DNA of 36,054 nt from a virus. Shown piece after piece: positions 20,618 through 29,225 of this stretch. Position 1 is the stretch's first letter; every line of letters begins with the position of its first letter. The stretch is taken from positions 1 to 36,054 of IMG/VR virus record IMGVR_UViG_3300037311_000137. One strand, 5' to 3'. Made by a program: the position numbers and the translations under genes. Under the pieces are notes generated by a model. It saw only the letters and a list, made by a program, of their open reading frames with translations, was not told where the DNA came from and searched no databases.

Positions 20618-22802
20618 GCAGCTCCTTTGCTTTCCCTAGCCATTCCTCGGCTACGCGTTCCCAAGAGTGATGCTCAAGATCCATCTTAACACGTGCATAG
20701 GCCTTTTCTCGAATGCGAGCCTCAACAATGTCAGCCCAAGGACCCACATCTTTTTCCTCCTCAGCATCCAAGGTCAAAAGATCCGCACACCCAGCGTCAA
20801 CAAAGGGCTTGAGCGTGTCTTGTAAACCCGCTGTAGCCTTTGCGATTGGATAGACTTTGCTTGCAAGCATCTCTAACGCCGTGATGCAGAATGTCTCAAG
20901 GAAGCGCGTTGGATAGAGCCAGTATTGCTTTGTTGCTAAAGCTTCCCTCAGTACCGATTGCTTCACCCCACCGTGATACTTCACCCAAGGTCTAGCCCGC
21001 ATCATGTCCATCAAGCGCTGAGCCTGTGCTTGCCTTCCATACGCTCCAAAGTGCTCAAGACCATAAAACACATCAAGTGTTGCATTTATGCCACGCTTCC
21101 TCACCTCATCAAGCACAAGCATCGTAAACTCAAGTCCACGGTCAGGGCTTGAAGACCATACAAAGCTATGCTCCTCTTTTTTATCCAAGTCAGGCTCTGG
21201 AAAGAATTGAGACAAGATCCCATTTCTTGTAACCCACACCTTGTCATCTGGAATTGCCACCTGAGACTGAATGAACTTCTTTTGCCATCCAGATAAGACC
21301 GCAATCACATCATAAGTCTCAGTCTGCTCCATGCCCTGAATCAAGATGTCATGACTCCAAGCAATGGTAGGCGCGTCCGTGATCTTGTTGTTGTGCCTCC
21401 ACGCAATATGAAGGTATGGCTTGTTTGTGGCCATGTAATCCGCTGTGACTTGAGCCGGAGCGTACACAACCCCGTCTTCCGCAACCTTTTGAGCTTTAAC
21501 ATTCCCAAACACAATGACTTGTCTGTGGGGTTCCTTTTTCTTAATCCAATGCGCAAGCCAAATAGCAGCGGTTTCGCTTCCACCTGTGAGCTTCTGGAAG
21601 TAAGAATCATAATCCCAATCATGCCAGCCCATGCCAGGCACACACGTGATCACGATGTCATCACACTCTTTTGCGGTCTTGTAAGCCGTCTGCAAATACT
21701 CAATGCGTGACAATTCTTGTTCTATTTGAGGAGACTGCATTGCAAAGTCTTGTTTACCTTGCTCAAGATAGGCTCTCGCTCTCGCGAAATCTCCAAGTGT
21801 CATGTAGATCTGAATAAGCTTTTCAGTCGGATAAGGACCGTACACTAAAGGATTTGAGAATATCGCGCTCATGTGCTGTTGCTGTGGCATGACACACATT
21901 CGAGCTGCTTCATAAAACGGTATCGCATCATGGAAGCGATTCTGAGACGCGTAGGCATCTCCAATCATCACATGAAACTCAGCCCTGGTCGGTGCAAGCT
22001 GCAATCCCATATGAGCGACGTCAATCGCCCGTGCGGGTTGATTACTCATTGCATAGGCCTGAGCCATGAATTGAAGCGCCATCGTTCTATCGTGGCCCTC
22101 AAGGCGTCTGTCAGCAGAGGCAAGCTTAAGCTCTTGAATGGCGTCTACATGCTTGCCATTCTCAAAAAGCTCTTTTCCGTAGTAGTAGCGCATGCGTGCG
22201 TCAAGCTTTTCGCCAGACTTAACCTTGTCCTCAATGATGGAAAGGTTTCGACTTCTATCTCCTGCTAAATCAGCTTCGGTGCGCTTGTGTACGATTTGCC
22301 AAGCAGGACTAAATTGAACAATCGGCGCTTTTGTGAGCCCCGGCTTTGCTACAATTCCTTCGTGGATAAAATACTTCCACTGAAAACGTCCATCGTTCTT
22401 AATGATGCGCTCTCTCGTAAACACACACGTTGGTTGACCTTGTGCGTTTGTGGCATACCAGTAATTTGCAAGCCACATGTCCGCTTCACTTAGCATCTCA
22501 TCCCTAAACGCAATAAAGCGCTCACGGCTTGATAGCACGTCATCGCCATCCATCCACATGATGTAATCAGTCTTTGGGTGAGAGAACGCAAAGTTACGTG
22601 CTTTTGCAAAGTCATCACACCACTCGAAGTGATGGACGATACAGCCTAAGGGTTCAGCCACCTGAACCGTGTCATCCTCTGAACCTGTGTCTGTAATGTG
22701 AATCTCGTCAAAACATCCTTCAATTGACTTCAATAACTCAGGCAAATGATGTGCTTCATTACGCACAATCATTGCCAAAGCGATGGACGGGCGCTTTTGC
22801 AT
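20577..22802 (-). CDS. Tri-domain glycosyltransferase: N-terminal GT2 (GT-A), central TPR repeats, C-terminal GT4-like (GT-B) (741 aa)
   Basis: GT2 domain: IALAMIVRNEAHHL...ITDTGSEDDT...FAKARNFAF...WMDGDDVL. TPR-like helices: YYYGKELFENGKHVDAIQELKLA and YASQNRFHDAIPFYEAA. GT4 domain: LTGGSETAAIWLA and the ExxxxxxxE motif ETFCITALEML. ATG at 22802 has an AAGGAG upstream. Confidence 0.88.
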   Translation of the reverse strand: MQKRPSIALAMIVRNEAHHLPELLKSIEGCFDEIHITDTGSEDDTVQVAEPLGCIVHHFEWCDDFAKARNFAFSHPKTDYIMWMDGDDVLSSRERFIAFRDEMLSEADMWLANYWYATNAQGQPTCVFTRERIIKNDGRFQWKYFIHEGIVAKPGLTKAPIVQFSPAWQIVHKRTEADLAGDRSRNLSIIEDKVKSGEKLDARMRYYYGKELFENGKHVDAIQELKLASADRRLEGHDRTMALQFMAQAYAMSNQPARAIDVAHMGLQLAPTRAEFHVMIGDAYASQNRFHDAIPFYEAARMCVMPQQQHMSAIFSNPLVYGPYPTEKLIQIYMTLGDFARARAYLEQGKQDFAMQSPQIEQELSRIEYLQTAYKTAKECDDIVITCVPGMGWHDWDYDSYFQKLTGGSETAAIWLAHWIKKKEPHRQVIVFGNVKAQKVAEDGVVYAPAQVTADYMATNKPYLHIAWRHNNKITDAPTIAWSHDILIQGMEQTETYDVIAVLSGWQKKFIQSQVAIPDDKVWVTRNGILSQFFPEPDLDKKEEHSFVWSSSPDRGLEFTMLVLDEVRKRGINATLDVFYGLEHFGAYGRQAQAQRLMDMMRARPWVKYHGGVKQSVLREALATKQYWLYPTRFLETFCITALEMLASKVYPIAKATAGLQDTLKPFVDAGCADLLTLDAEEEKDVGPWADIVEARIREKAYARVKMDLEHHSWERVAEEWLGKAKELHEFRCDGKRASAS

Positions 22803-22809
22803 GTGATGC

Positions 22810-23286
22810 TTACTCCTTGGCGACACTTGTTTGAGTGTTTGTCAGAGTCTTTTCACGTATCAGCTCAGTGCCGCCTCTCGCATAGATACTCCAAAGACCT
22901 GAGTTTTTATTGAAGCTAGCATCACCTTCTTGGAATTCAAGGTTACGTTTTGCAAACCCCATAAGAGTTGTGGGGTCTACAGCCGTGTCACCAAAGGAAT
23001 CAGTCACAACACCGACGCGTTGATCGGTTACTTGCAGTGGGTCAAGAACACCTACGATGTAACGGTCAGAGTCTGCAAGCCCCGCTCCACCATCCATTTG
23101 CCACAAGATGCTTTGTGTGGGCCCGTACTCAAATCGGTAAAGACCTGAGCCTGCTGGCGTCTCTGTAATTCCAGGTGCTGTAATCGCACTCACACCATTG
23201 ATTGCAAAGATCGTGAGCGTAGGCGTAAGCCCCGTGTTGTCCGCTGGGTTTCCACTTCCAAAGCGTGCGTAATAAAATTTACTCAT
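22810..23286 (-). CDS. Structural hypothetical protein (158 aa)
   Basis: Track ORF overlapping the upstream gene by 8 nt. Confidence 0.75.
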   Translation of the reverse strand: MSKFYYARFGSGNPADNTGLTPTLTIFAINGVSAITAPGITETPAGSGLYRFEYGPTQSILWQMDGGAGLADSDRYIVGVLDPLQVTDQRVGVVTDSFGDTAVDPTTLMGFAKRNLEFQEGDASFNKNSGLWSIYARGGTELIREKTLTNTQTSVAKE

Positions 23287-25822
23287 TTCTTGTGTCTCCT
23301 AAAAATCTAACTTGAAACCGGCTATATAAATCGGGTTGAGTTGCAGCCGCGGGTTGAATGCTTGCTGAAATTCCTGTTCGAGCGACCCCGATTCTTTCAC
23401 CAGCCTTTAAAAATACATTTGCATGATGCCCCGTAACAACGCCCGCGGCAGCACGAGAGCCAACCCCAAACCACAAGCTTGCACCAAGTCCTTGTGAGCT
23501 TCCGTTGCCTGCCGCAATCTTTGTAAATATAGACTCCCATGTTGGAGATGCCGCCCCGGTGTCCCAATCTACAACCGAATAAAACCCGGTTCGGCGCGCA
23601 ATAATCTCAATCGAGTTATTTCCAGCATTGGTGTATCCAAAAACGTGTGGGCAAGTGTAAGTTTCAAGCGTAGTCCAGCCAAACAAGGCATTTACAGGTG
23701 CCGTTGCTCTGCCCCAAAAACTAATCCACCACTCAGGGTAAACAGCTACTTTAGGCGCTTCGGTCAATCCCTTAACAGGCTGTTGGCTTGGGATAAACTT
23801 AAGCTCATCAAAGGTTCGGTAAAATTCAAGAGAGGAAACAAGGTTTGACGCCCCCGCTCCGTAGTCAAGCCGGTGATATCCTTCACTCAACAAGGTGCTT
23901 GCAACACCTCCAGGAAGAATGGTTGCAAAAGATGCACCATCTACAAACGGCACACGAGAAAAAGCTGTTTCACCCGTGCCACTAAATCGATTACCCCAAA
24001 AAGTTGTAACAATCGTGCTTGATCCCTTACCGAAAAAGGCATTTCCACCAATTGGGTTATCTCCAACCCCAAACACGTTAGGAACTTGTGCCGCCGCTAA
24101 GCGCTGATGCACGCCCATGTGAAGTCTGTTGACGGTTGCGGTCGTTCCAAGCTCTCTAAATGGAGCAAGGGTATCAATGTACGCAATTGGAGCTGTGATC
24201 CCATTGCTCCAGCCTTGCTCATACATAGAGATTTCACCAAAAGGGCCCTCTCCATAAAGCCTGATAATGTTCCACTGAAACGGTAGGTTTTTAACTACAA
24301 CAGTCTTTTCACCCACAAACAAAGCGTCGTTACAAAGAATTCCGTTTACTTCAATGTTTGCAGAAAACCCCGGTGCTGATGATTGGTTTTGAGACCTGCT
24401 AAGCGCAAGCGCTTGGAATCGTCCTTCAACTTGAATAAACGCAGACGCGCCACCTCTTAATCGGATTTTGTTTCCGGTTAGGTCATACGACAAAAACGTG
24501 TTGCCGTTTCCGTTTGTAATCAAGTCATTCTCAAGTGCCATGCCCGTAAAAGACACGGCCCATCTCATTTGTGGGTCCCAAAAGTGTTGCTGCACCTGAA
24601 GGGTAGGACCAAAGAAGGCACACGTTGCGAATTGCTCGTCTTTACCCCAATTGATTGTGTCCATCCATCGGAGCTGACCTTGATATGCAGACGCAGGGCC
24701 AGAAGCTCCCGTTTCCCATAGTCTGTAAACCGTAAAGGTCACACCTGAGTATGGCACGGCATTTCTAAGTGTTACGTCGTCTCCAGCAACCGATACAACA
24801 GAGTTATAAAAAGGAGTGGCACCCGCTCCGTTATCAAGAAGCAAACCATCACCGAGCTTAAAGTTTGGTCCGTCTCCAATGTTAAGCGTCAGAACGGTGG
24901 CACCCGCTCCAGGCACAGTACCGTTACTCATGAAGCTTGATGCTCCAATTGAGAGGTAAGTAATTCCATTTCCTGCCACATAAAACACAGACCTAAACCC
25001 AAAGCTATTTCCAGGGCTAGTAAGTGGTGCCGCAATGGTTGCTCCGGGCACTGCAATTTCTAGTCCGTTTCTATTAAACGAACCCGGATAAAACGCTATC
25101 GGATCGCTAAACCCTGTGTGCTCTAGTATTGAGCCATTAATCCCAAATTGTCGCTCAGGTGAGTCTGTTTGTCCTTGAACCGAAAGATTGACGGTGTGAA
25201 TTCCAAACGCCGCTTGAGACAAACCAAAGTAAGGTAAATACTTTTGAACCTGGTTGTTGTTTAAGTTTGCGGTTCCAATAATTCCAGTGGTTGCAGGAGG
25301 GAAAAAACTCTCCCCACCGTCTCTTGTGATTGTAAACTTTGTTGGGTTTCCATTTATGGGTTGATACAAAAACCCAGCGTTTCGACCCACAAACGAAACG
25401 TCAGCGCTCCAAAAAGGAAGCGGACTATCGCTGTTTCCTGTAAAATGCTTGTATTGGTTAAAATACCAGGTCTGAGCACCTGGTAAAAGCTGATACAAAA
25501 ACCCACGACTTGAGGTCACAAACGCCTTAAGCTTGTGTGGGTTTCCATGAAACTCTAGCTCATAGGTGGGTGTCTCGTTTTTCCAGTAAGCAGAATCAAT
25601 CAAATACGCGTTCTTTACAAATACAGTCTGTGGACCGTATGCGGGCATGGCGTCGTTTGCAAAGAATAGATCGTACGGGTTTGTGTCAGGAGTGCTAGAC
25701 AACCCTACGTTGTCGTTTGCGGGTATGGCTATGTTGTTAAACGCACGTGCAATGGAAGCGTTTCCTGCCGCACCTGAAGAGCCACCGCCACCCGCACTTG
25801 ATCTATACAGAAACTCACTCAT
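23279..25822 (-). CDS. Large virion protein, putative tail fibre/spike (847 aa)
   Basis: Largest ORF in the genome. It has a Gly/Ser-rich N-terminus, beta-rich composition and one Asp-box-like TRDGGESF. SD AAAGGGG upstream. The function is inferred. Confidence 0.8.
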   Translation of the reverse strand: MSEFLYRSSAGGGGSSGAAGNASIARAFNNIAIPANDNVGLSSTPDTNPYDLFFANDAMPAYGPQTVFVKNAYLIDSAYWKNETPTYELEFHGNPHKLKAFVTSSRGFLYQLLPGAQTWYFNQYKHFTGNSDSPLPFWSADVSFVGRNAGFLYQPINGNPTKFTITRDGGESFFPPATTGIIGTANLNNNQVQKYLPYFGLSQAAFGIHTVNLSVQGQTDSPERQFGINGSILEHTGFSDPIAFYPGSFNRNGLEIAVPGATIAAPLTSPGNSFGFRSVFYVAGNGITYLSIGASSFMSNGTVPGAGATVLTLNIGDGPNFKLGDGLLLDNGAGATPFYNSVVSVAGDDVTLRNAVPYSGVTFTVYRLWETGASGPASAYQGQLRWMDTINWGKDEQFATCAFFGPTLQVQQHFWDPQMRWAVSFTGMALENDLITNGNGNTFLSYDLTGNKIRLRGGASAFIQVEGRFQALALSRSQNQSSAPGFSANIEVNGILCNDALFVGEKTVVVKNLPFQWNIIRLYGEGPFGEISMYEQGWSNGITAPIAYIDTLAPFRELGTTATVNRLHMGVHQRLAAAQVPNVFGVGDNPIGGNAFFGKGSSTIVTTFWGNRFSGTGETAFSRVPFVDGASFATILPGGVASTLLSEGYHRLDYGAGASNLVSSLEFYRTFDELKFIPSQQPVKGLTEAPKVAVYPEWWISFWGRATAPVNALFGWTTLETYTCPHVFGYTNAGNNSIEIIARRTGFYSVVDWDTGAASPTWESIFTKIAAGNGSSQGLGASLWFGVGSRAAAGVVTGHHANVFLKAGERIGVARTGISASIQPAAATQPDLYSRFQVRFLGDTRNE

Positions 25823-25856
25823 GACAACCCCTTTGCATCCTGAAAGACAAGGTGCA

Positions 25857-25885
25857 GGCTTGTAAGGTCATAACTCCTACAAGCC
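25857..25885 (-). promoter_or_regulatory. 10-bp stem-loop between capsid-proximal genes and the fibre gene (attenuator or RNA-stability element?)
   Basis: GGCTTGTA(A)GG pairs with CCTACAAGCC around an 8-nt loop. No clean U-run follows on the minus strand. Confidence 0.3.
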
Positions 25886-25920
25886 CACACCCCGACTGAA
25901 TCACTCCATAAAAGGAGAGA

Positions 25921-26349
25921 TTAACCGATGATACCGTTGTGGCTTACGACGTCCTGAAGCTTCTCAAGTACGAAGTTAAGCGCCAAGTCTGCAAGTGCAG
26001 TGTTGGCTCCAGAAGACACGATTTCAAGCACGTCTCCAGACCCAAGTTGTTGTGCTTGAGATGCTCCAGCCGATACAACGTTAAGCACTTGAATGCCTGA
26101 AGTTCCAAAGCCAGCTGGTGAAAGCGTAGCTAGAATTGCAGTGGTCTCTCCACCCGCAAAGTAGCGTCGCTGAATCGCAAGTCCAGGTGCTCCCGACAAG
26201 CCTCGAGCTGCTACAGCTACAGACTTAAGTGCAGCTGGCCATGCAAGTGGCACCACCGCTCGTGTTACTCCAGTTGCAAGCGCACCAATTGAAGCGTGTA
26301 CAACTACTTTTTTCTCAGTTGCGTCTAACGATCTATTTACAATAGCCAT
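25921..26349 (-). CDS. Ala/Gly/Val-rich small structural protein (142 aa)
   Basis: Track ORF located two genes downstream of the capsid gene. Confidence 0.75.
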   Translation of the reverse strand: MAIVNRSLDATEKKVVVHASIGALATGVTRAVVPLAWPAALKSVAVAARGLSGAPGLAIQRRYFAGGETTAILATLSPAGFGTSGIQVLNVVSAGASQAQQLGSGDVLEIVSSGANTALADLALNFVLEKLQDVVSHNGIIG

Positions 26350-26351
26350 GT

Positions 26352-26855
26352 TTAACTCCTTAATTCCTTTAGTTTTTCTTTGTTTCTCAAAAGCTCACGA
26401 TCTTTTAACTCGTGCTCAAGCCTTTGACTTTTGTGTCCTGTTCGAATGCCAAGCTCGTCATCTAACTTGCGGTAAAGTGGTTTCATGTCCGCTGCGTGTG
26501 CCATGAATTCGTTATGTCTTTGACGCTTCTTTTCAGCCTCATCCATTTCACGAAGCTTCCTTGCACGCTCAAGCCAATCAGTCGCAAACCTGTTGCGGTC
26601 TACGCGTCTTAAAAACTCAAGCACTTGCTCAATGCCTCGCTCAACTGGGGTTCCATCAGCCCTCCAAGTGTCGGTCATCGCACATACAAATCTTGCATCA
26701 GCGTGACTTGGGTCAGGCCCGTCATCCTCTTCAATGTCCTTGACCACTCTTGTTTTCCTCCACCACACTTGAGGGATACCCTTAGTGCTGATGCGGACAT
26801 ACAAATCCGAGTCAAAGCGTTTTAAAGATTCTTCCAAAGACCTAACCCAACTCAT
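26352..26855 (-). CDS. Hypothetical protein (167 aa)
   Basis: Track ORF immediately downstream of the capsid gene. Confidence 0.75.
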   Translation of the reverse strand: MSWVRSLEESLKRFDSDLYVRISTKGIPQVWWRKTRVVKDIEEDDGPDPSHADARFVCAMTDTWRADGTPVERGIEQVLEFLRRVDRNRFATDWLERARKLREMDEAEKKRQRHNEFMAHAADMKPLYRKLDDELGIRTGHKSQRLEHELKDRELLRNKEKLKELRS

Positions 26856-26864
26856 TAAACCCCC

Positions 26865-28085
26865 TTACGGACTTACGAAGTTAGTCAATCTAGCAAGAGC
26901 AGATGGCTTCTCAGCAAAGATGTTTGCGAAGTACCGAAGTCGTGCCTCGTACCCGTCCACATCGTTCAATGCGATAAGCTCTGCACCACTCTCAGACGCA
27001 AATTCAAACTCTGTCAAAACGTAGAGCTTAAATCCGTCCATGCCAATGTGATAGAAATCAAGCGGCATGTCTTTGTCTGCGACAACAGGTTTTCCACCTA
27101 GAGCCAAATAAGACTCTTCGTTTCGAGTGAAAGTTCCATCACCTTTGATTCGCTCACCGATGTAACGCTTGTCAGCGACAAGAAGCTTGTCGTACATACG
27201 CTCTGCATCGTGGTTAGTCATGGTCATGTCGAGCTTCAATCCACCACGTCGTCGAGCTTGTGAAAGCGCTTGAGTGAGTAGATCCAAACGAAGTGCAACA
27301 CCTCCAGCGTCTACAACGTTACCTTGGTATTGCCAGTAAGTAGCACGGTCGATGCCGTAAAGAGATGTAGTCAATCCATCAAGAGAAGCACGGAAACCTT
27401 GAATCTCTTGGTTGAATGCTCCAGCTCGTACAACTATCGAGTCAGCTGCCACTGTGACGTTTTGGTCAAGCGTTAGAGTCGAGGTTGCAGCAAGTGGAGT
27501 AGAGATCGCGGTGATCGTTACTCGTGATGCCTGAACCACGCCCGCAGTTGTTACGATGTCAACTTCCATACCGATATCAAGGAATTTAGCAGCGTCTTCA
27601 CCTGAAGTTCGCCCTTCAATCGATACCGAGTTAGTTGCAACCGCGTTTGCAGCAACAACAGCCAAGTCTCCTCGACCTGTCCATGTAAGCTGACGGTTTA
27701 CATCGTTCTTAAGGTCGTTCAGACCCTCTTCCATCTCGTAGCTCAATTGAGACACAAACGCGCCGTCTTGAGTTTGAGATGCTTTCATAAGAGGAGCGGT
27801 CAATGCAAAACGAAGGTAGTTAAACCGACAAGGGATTTCCGCTTGTACGGTTGTTTGCTTACCAGTCGCTGGCAATACACCACCGTCTGAAGCCGCACCA
27901 ATACCTTGGTTTCGGCGTAGTTTAAGTGGTCTAAATACGCTAGTACCCGCCCACTTTTCAGTTCCACGCTGCATGTGTTTCAACACAGGCATGTCATCGT
28001 TAAACTGGCTTTTAATTGGTCCTTGATATCGACGCTTCAGGTTGCCTAAGACTTCCTGAGCGATTGTGTTTACTACGTTGCTCAT
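26865..28085 (-). CDS. Major capsid protein, HK97-fold-like (406 aa)
   Basis: ATG at 28085 has GGAGGG 8 nt upstream. The gene follows a scaffold-like gene, and its size and sequence character are typical of HK97-type capsid proteins (recognition only). Confidence 0.8.
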   Translation of the reverse strand: MSNVVNTIAQEVLGNLKRRYQGPIKSQFNDDMPVLKHMQRGTEKWAGTSVFRPLKLRRNQGIGAASDGGVLPATGKQTTVQAEIPCRFNYLRFALTAPLMKASQTQDGAFVSQLSYEMEEGLNDLKNDVNRQLTWTGRGDLAVVAANAVATNSVSIEGRTSGEDAAKFLDIGMEVDIVTTAGVVQASRVTITAISTPLAATSTLTLDQNVTVAADSIVVRAGAFNQEIQGFRASLDGLTTSLYGIDRATYWQYQGNVVDAGGVALRLDLLTQALSQARRRGGLKLDMTMTNHDAERMYDKLLVADKRYIGERIKGDGTFTRNEESYLALGGKPVVADKDMPLDFYHIGMDGFKLYVLTEFEFASESGAELIALNDVDGYEARLRYFANIFAEKPSALARLTNFVSP

Positions 28086-28114
28086 TTTTAGTCCCTCCAT
28101 TGGACTTTAATTTT

Positions 28115-28930
28115 TTACTCCTGGCCCCCTAATTGGCTAAGCCATTGGTTTGTAGCCTCTCGAATACTCTTGGGCTCCTTGGGTCTGGCTCCAGGAATGC
28201 CACCACCCTTGCCAATATCTCGGCTAGCCTGATTTGCCCGCCTTTGCCCTTGAATCATTTCAGAGCTTTTGGTCTTTGCAAGCTTTTCAATTTGGTCATG
28301 CACACCTTTAAAGAGTTGCTCCCATTCCTTATCGGTTAGAGTTTCTTTGTCTGGATGCTTTTCCAAATAAGCGAGTGCCCGAGTATTGACCACTTCATGA
28401 TCGGCAAGAGGATACTTTGTGGACATCTTTTCAAACGTCACATCGATGCTCTTTTCGATCGCAGTCAATTGCTCTTGTCTTGCCTTTTCCTCCTGAGCTG
28501 TAAGCTTTTTCTCTAAGCTAGAGAATCGCTCATAAAACTCAGGGTCCACTCCTTTTGGGAGTGCAGCTTGCTCATCCACTCCAGCTACTTTAAGAAATCT
28601 ATGGAATTTCTCCGGATAGATTTCTTTGAACTGTTTAATGAGCTGCGGGTTTTTGCGTACTGACTCGATATCAGCGTCTAAGTTGTCGTAAAACCTTTGC
28701 TCTTGTTCAAAGGTCTTACGGCTTTCAGCCAACTCTTGTGTCTTACGCGTGTAATCGGACTGTCGAAGGATTGCCCCTTGCAAATCTTTCAGGGTCCATT
28801 CTTGTCCGCCAAATCGAAACTTTTCAACGGAGTCAAGATCAAGAAGGTTGTCCTTTGCAGGGTCTTCCGCTTGAGATTCCTCAGTTTCGGGTAACTCTTT
28901 TTCAATCTCTTGTGATTCAGTCTCTAACAT
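28115..28930 (-). CDS. Putative scaffolding protein (271 aa)
   Basis: Acidic, Glu/Lys/Gln-rich helical protein located between the portal and capsid genes. Confidence 0.7.
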   Translation of the reverse strand: MLETESQEIEKELPETEESQAEDPAKDNLLDLDSVEKFRFGGQEWTLKDLQGAILRQSDYTRKTQELAESRKTFEQEQRFYDNLDADIESVRKNPQLIKQFKEIYPEKFHRFLKVAGVDEQAALPKGVDPEFYERFSSLEKKLTAQEEKARQEQLTAIEKSIDVTFEKMSTKYPLADHEVVNTRALAYLEKHPDKETLTDKEWEQLFKGVHDQIEKLAKTKSSEMIQGQRRANQASRDIGKGGGIPGARPKEPKSIREATNQWLSQLGGQE

Positions 28931-29205
28931 TACGCTTCCTTTTCCTTAGAGCGATACTGGTCAAGCTTTACTCTTTCCATGAGCGATAGCTTGCCACCTT
29001 TTGCCTCTTTTTCCATGAGGTCTTTAATCTCTTCAGGGTCAAGCTCCATATCCATGCTTGGCATTCCAGACACGTCAGTCTCTTCAGACTCTTCCATCTC
29101 CATTTCAGGCTTTTCAGACTCTTCCATTTCCATCTCTGGTTTTCCCATGATGATCGTGAGGTCTACCCCTTTGCCTTTTCTTTTTTTTAAAACATCTTTA
29201 AGCAT
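28930..29205 (-). CDS. Acidic repeat protein (91 aa, KPEMEMEESE x2)
   Basis: Track ORF containing a 30-bp tandem duplication at 29083-29142. Confidence 0.6.
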   Translation of the reverse strand: MLKDVLKKRKGKGVDLTIIMGKPEMEMEESEKPEMEMEESEETDVSGMPSMDMELDPEEIKDLMEKEAKGGKLSLMERVKLDQYRSKEKEA

Positions 29206-29225
29206 TTTATCCTCTTTCGTTTAGT

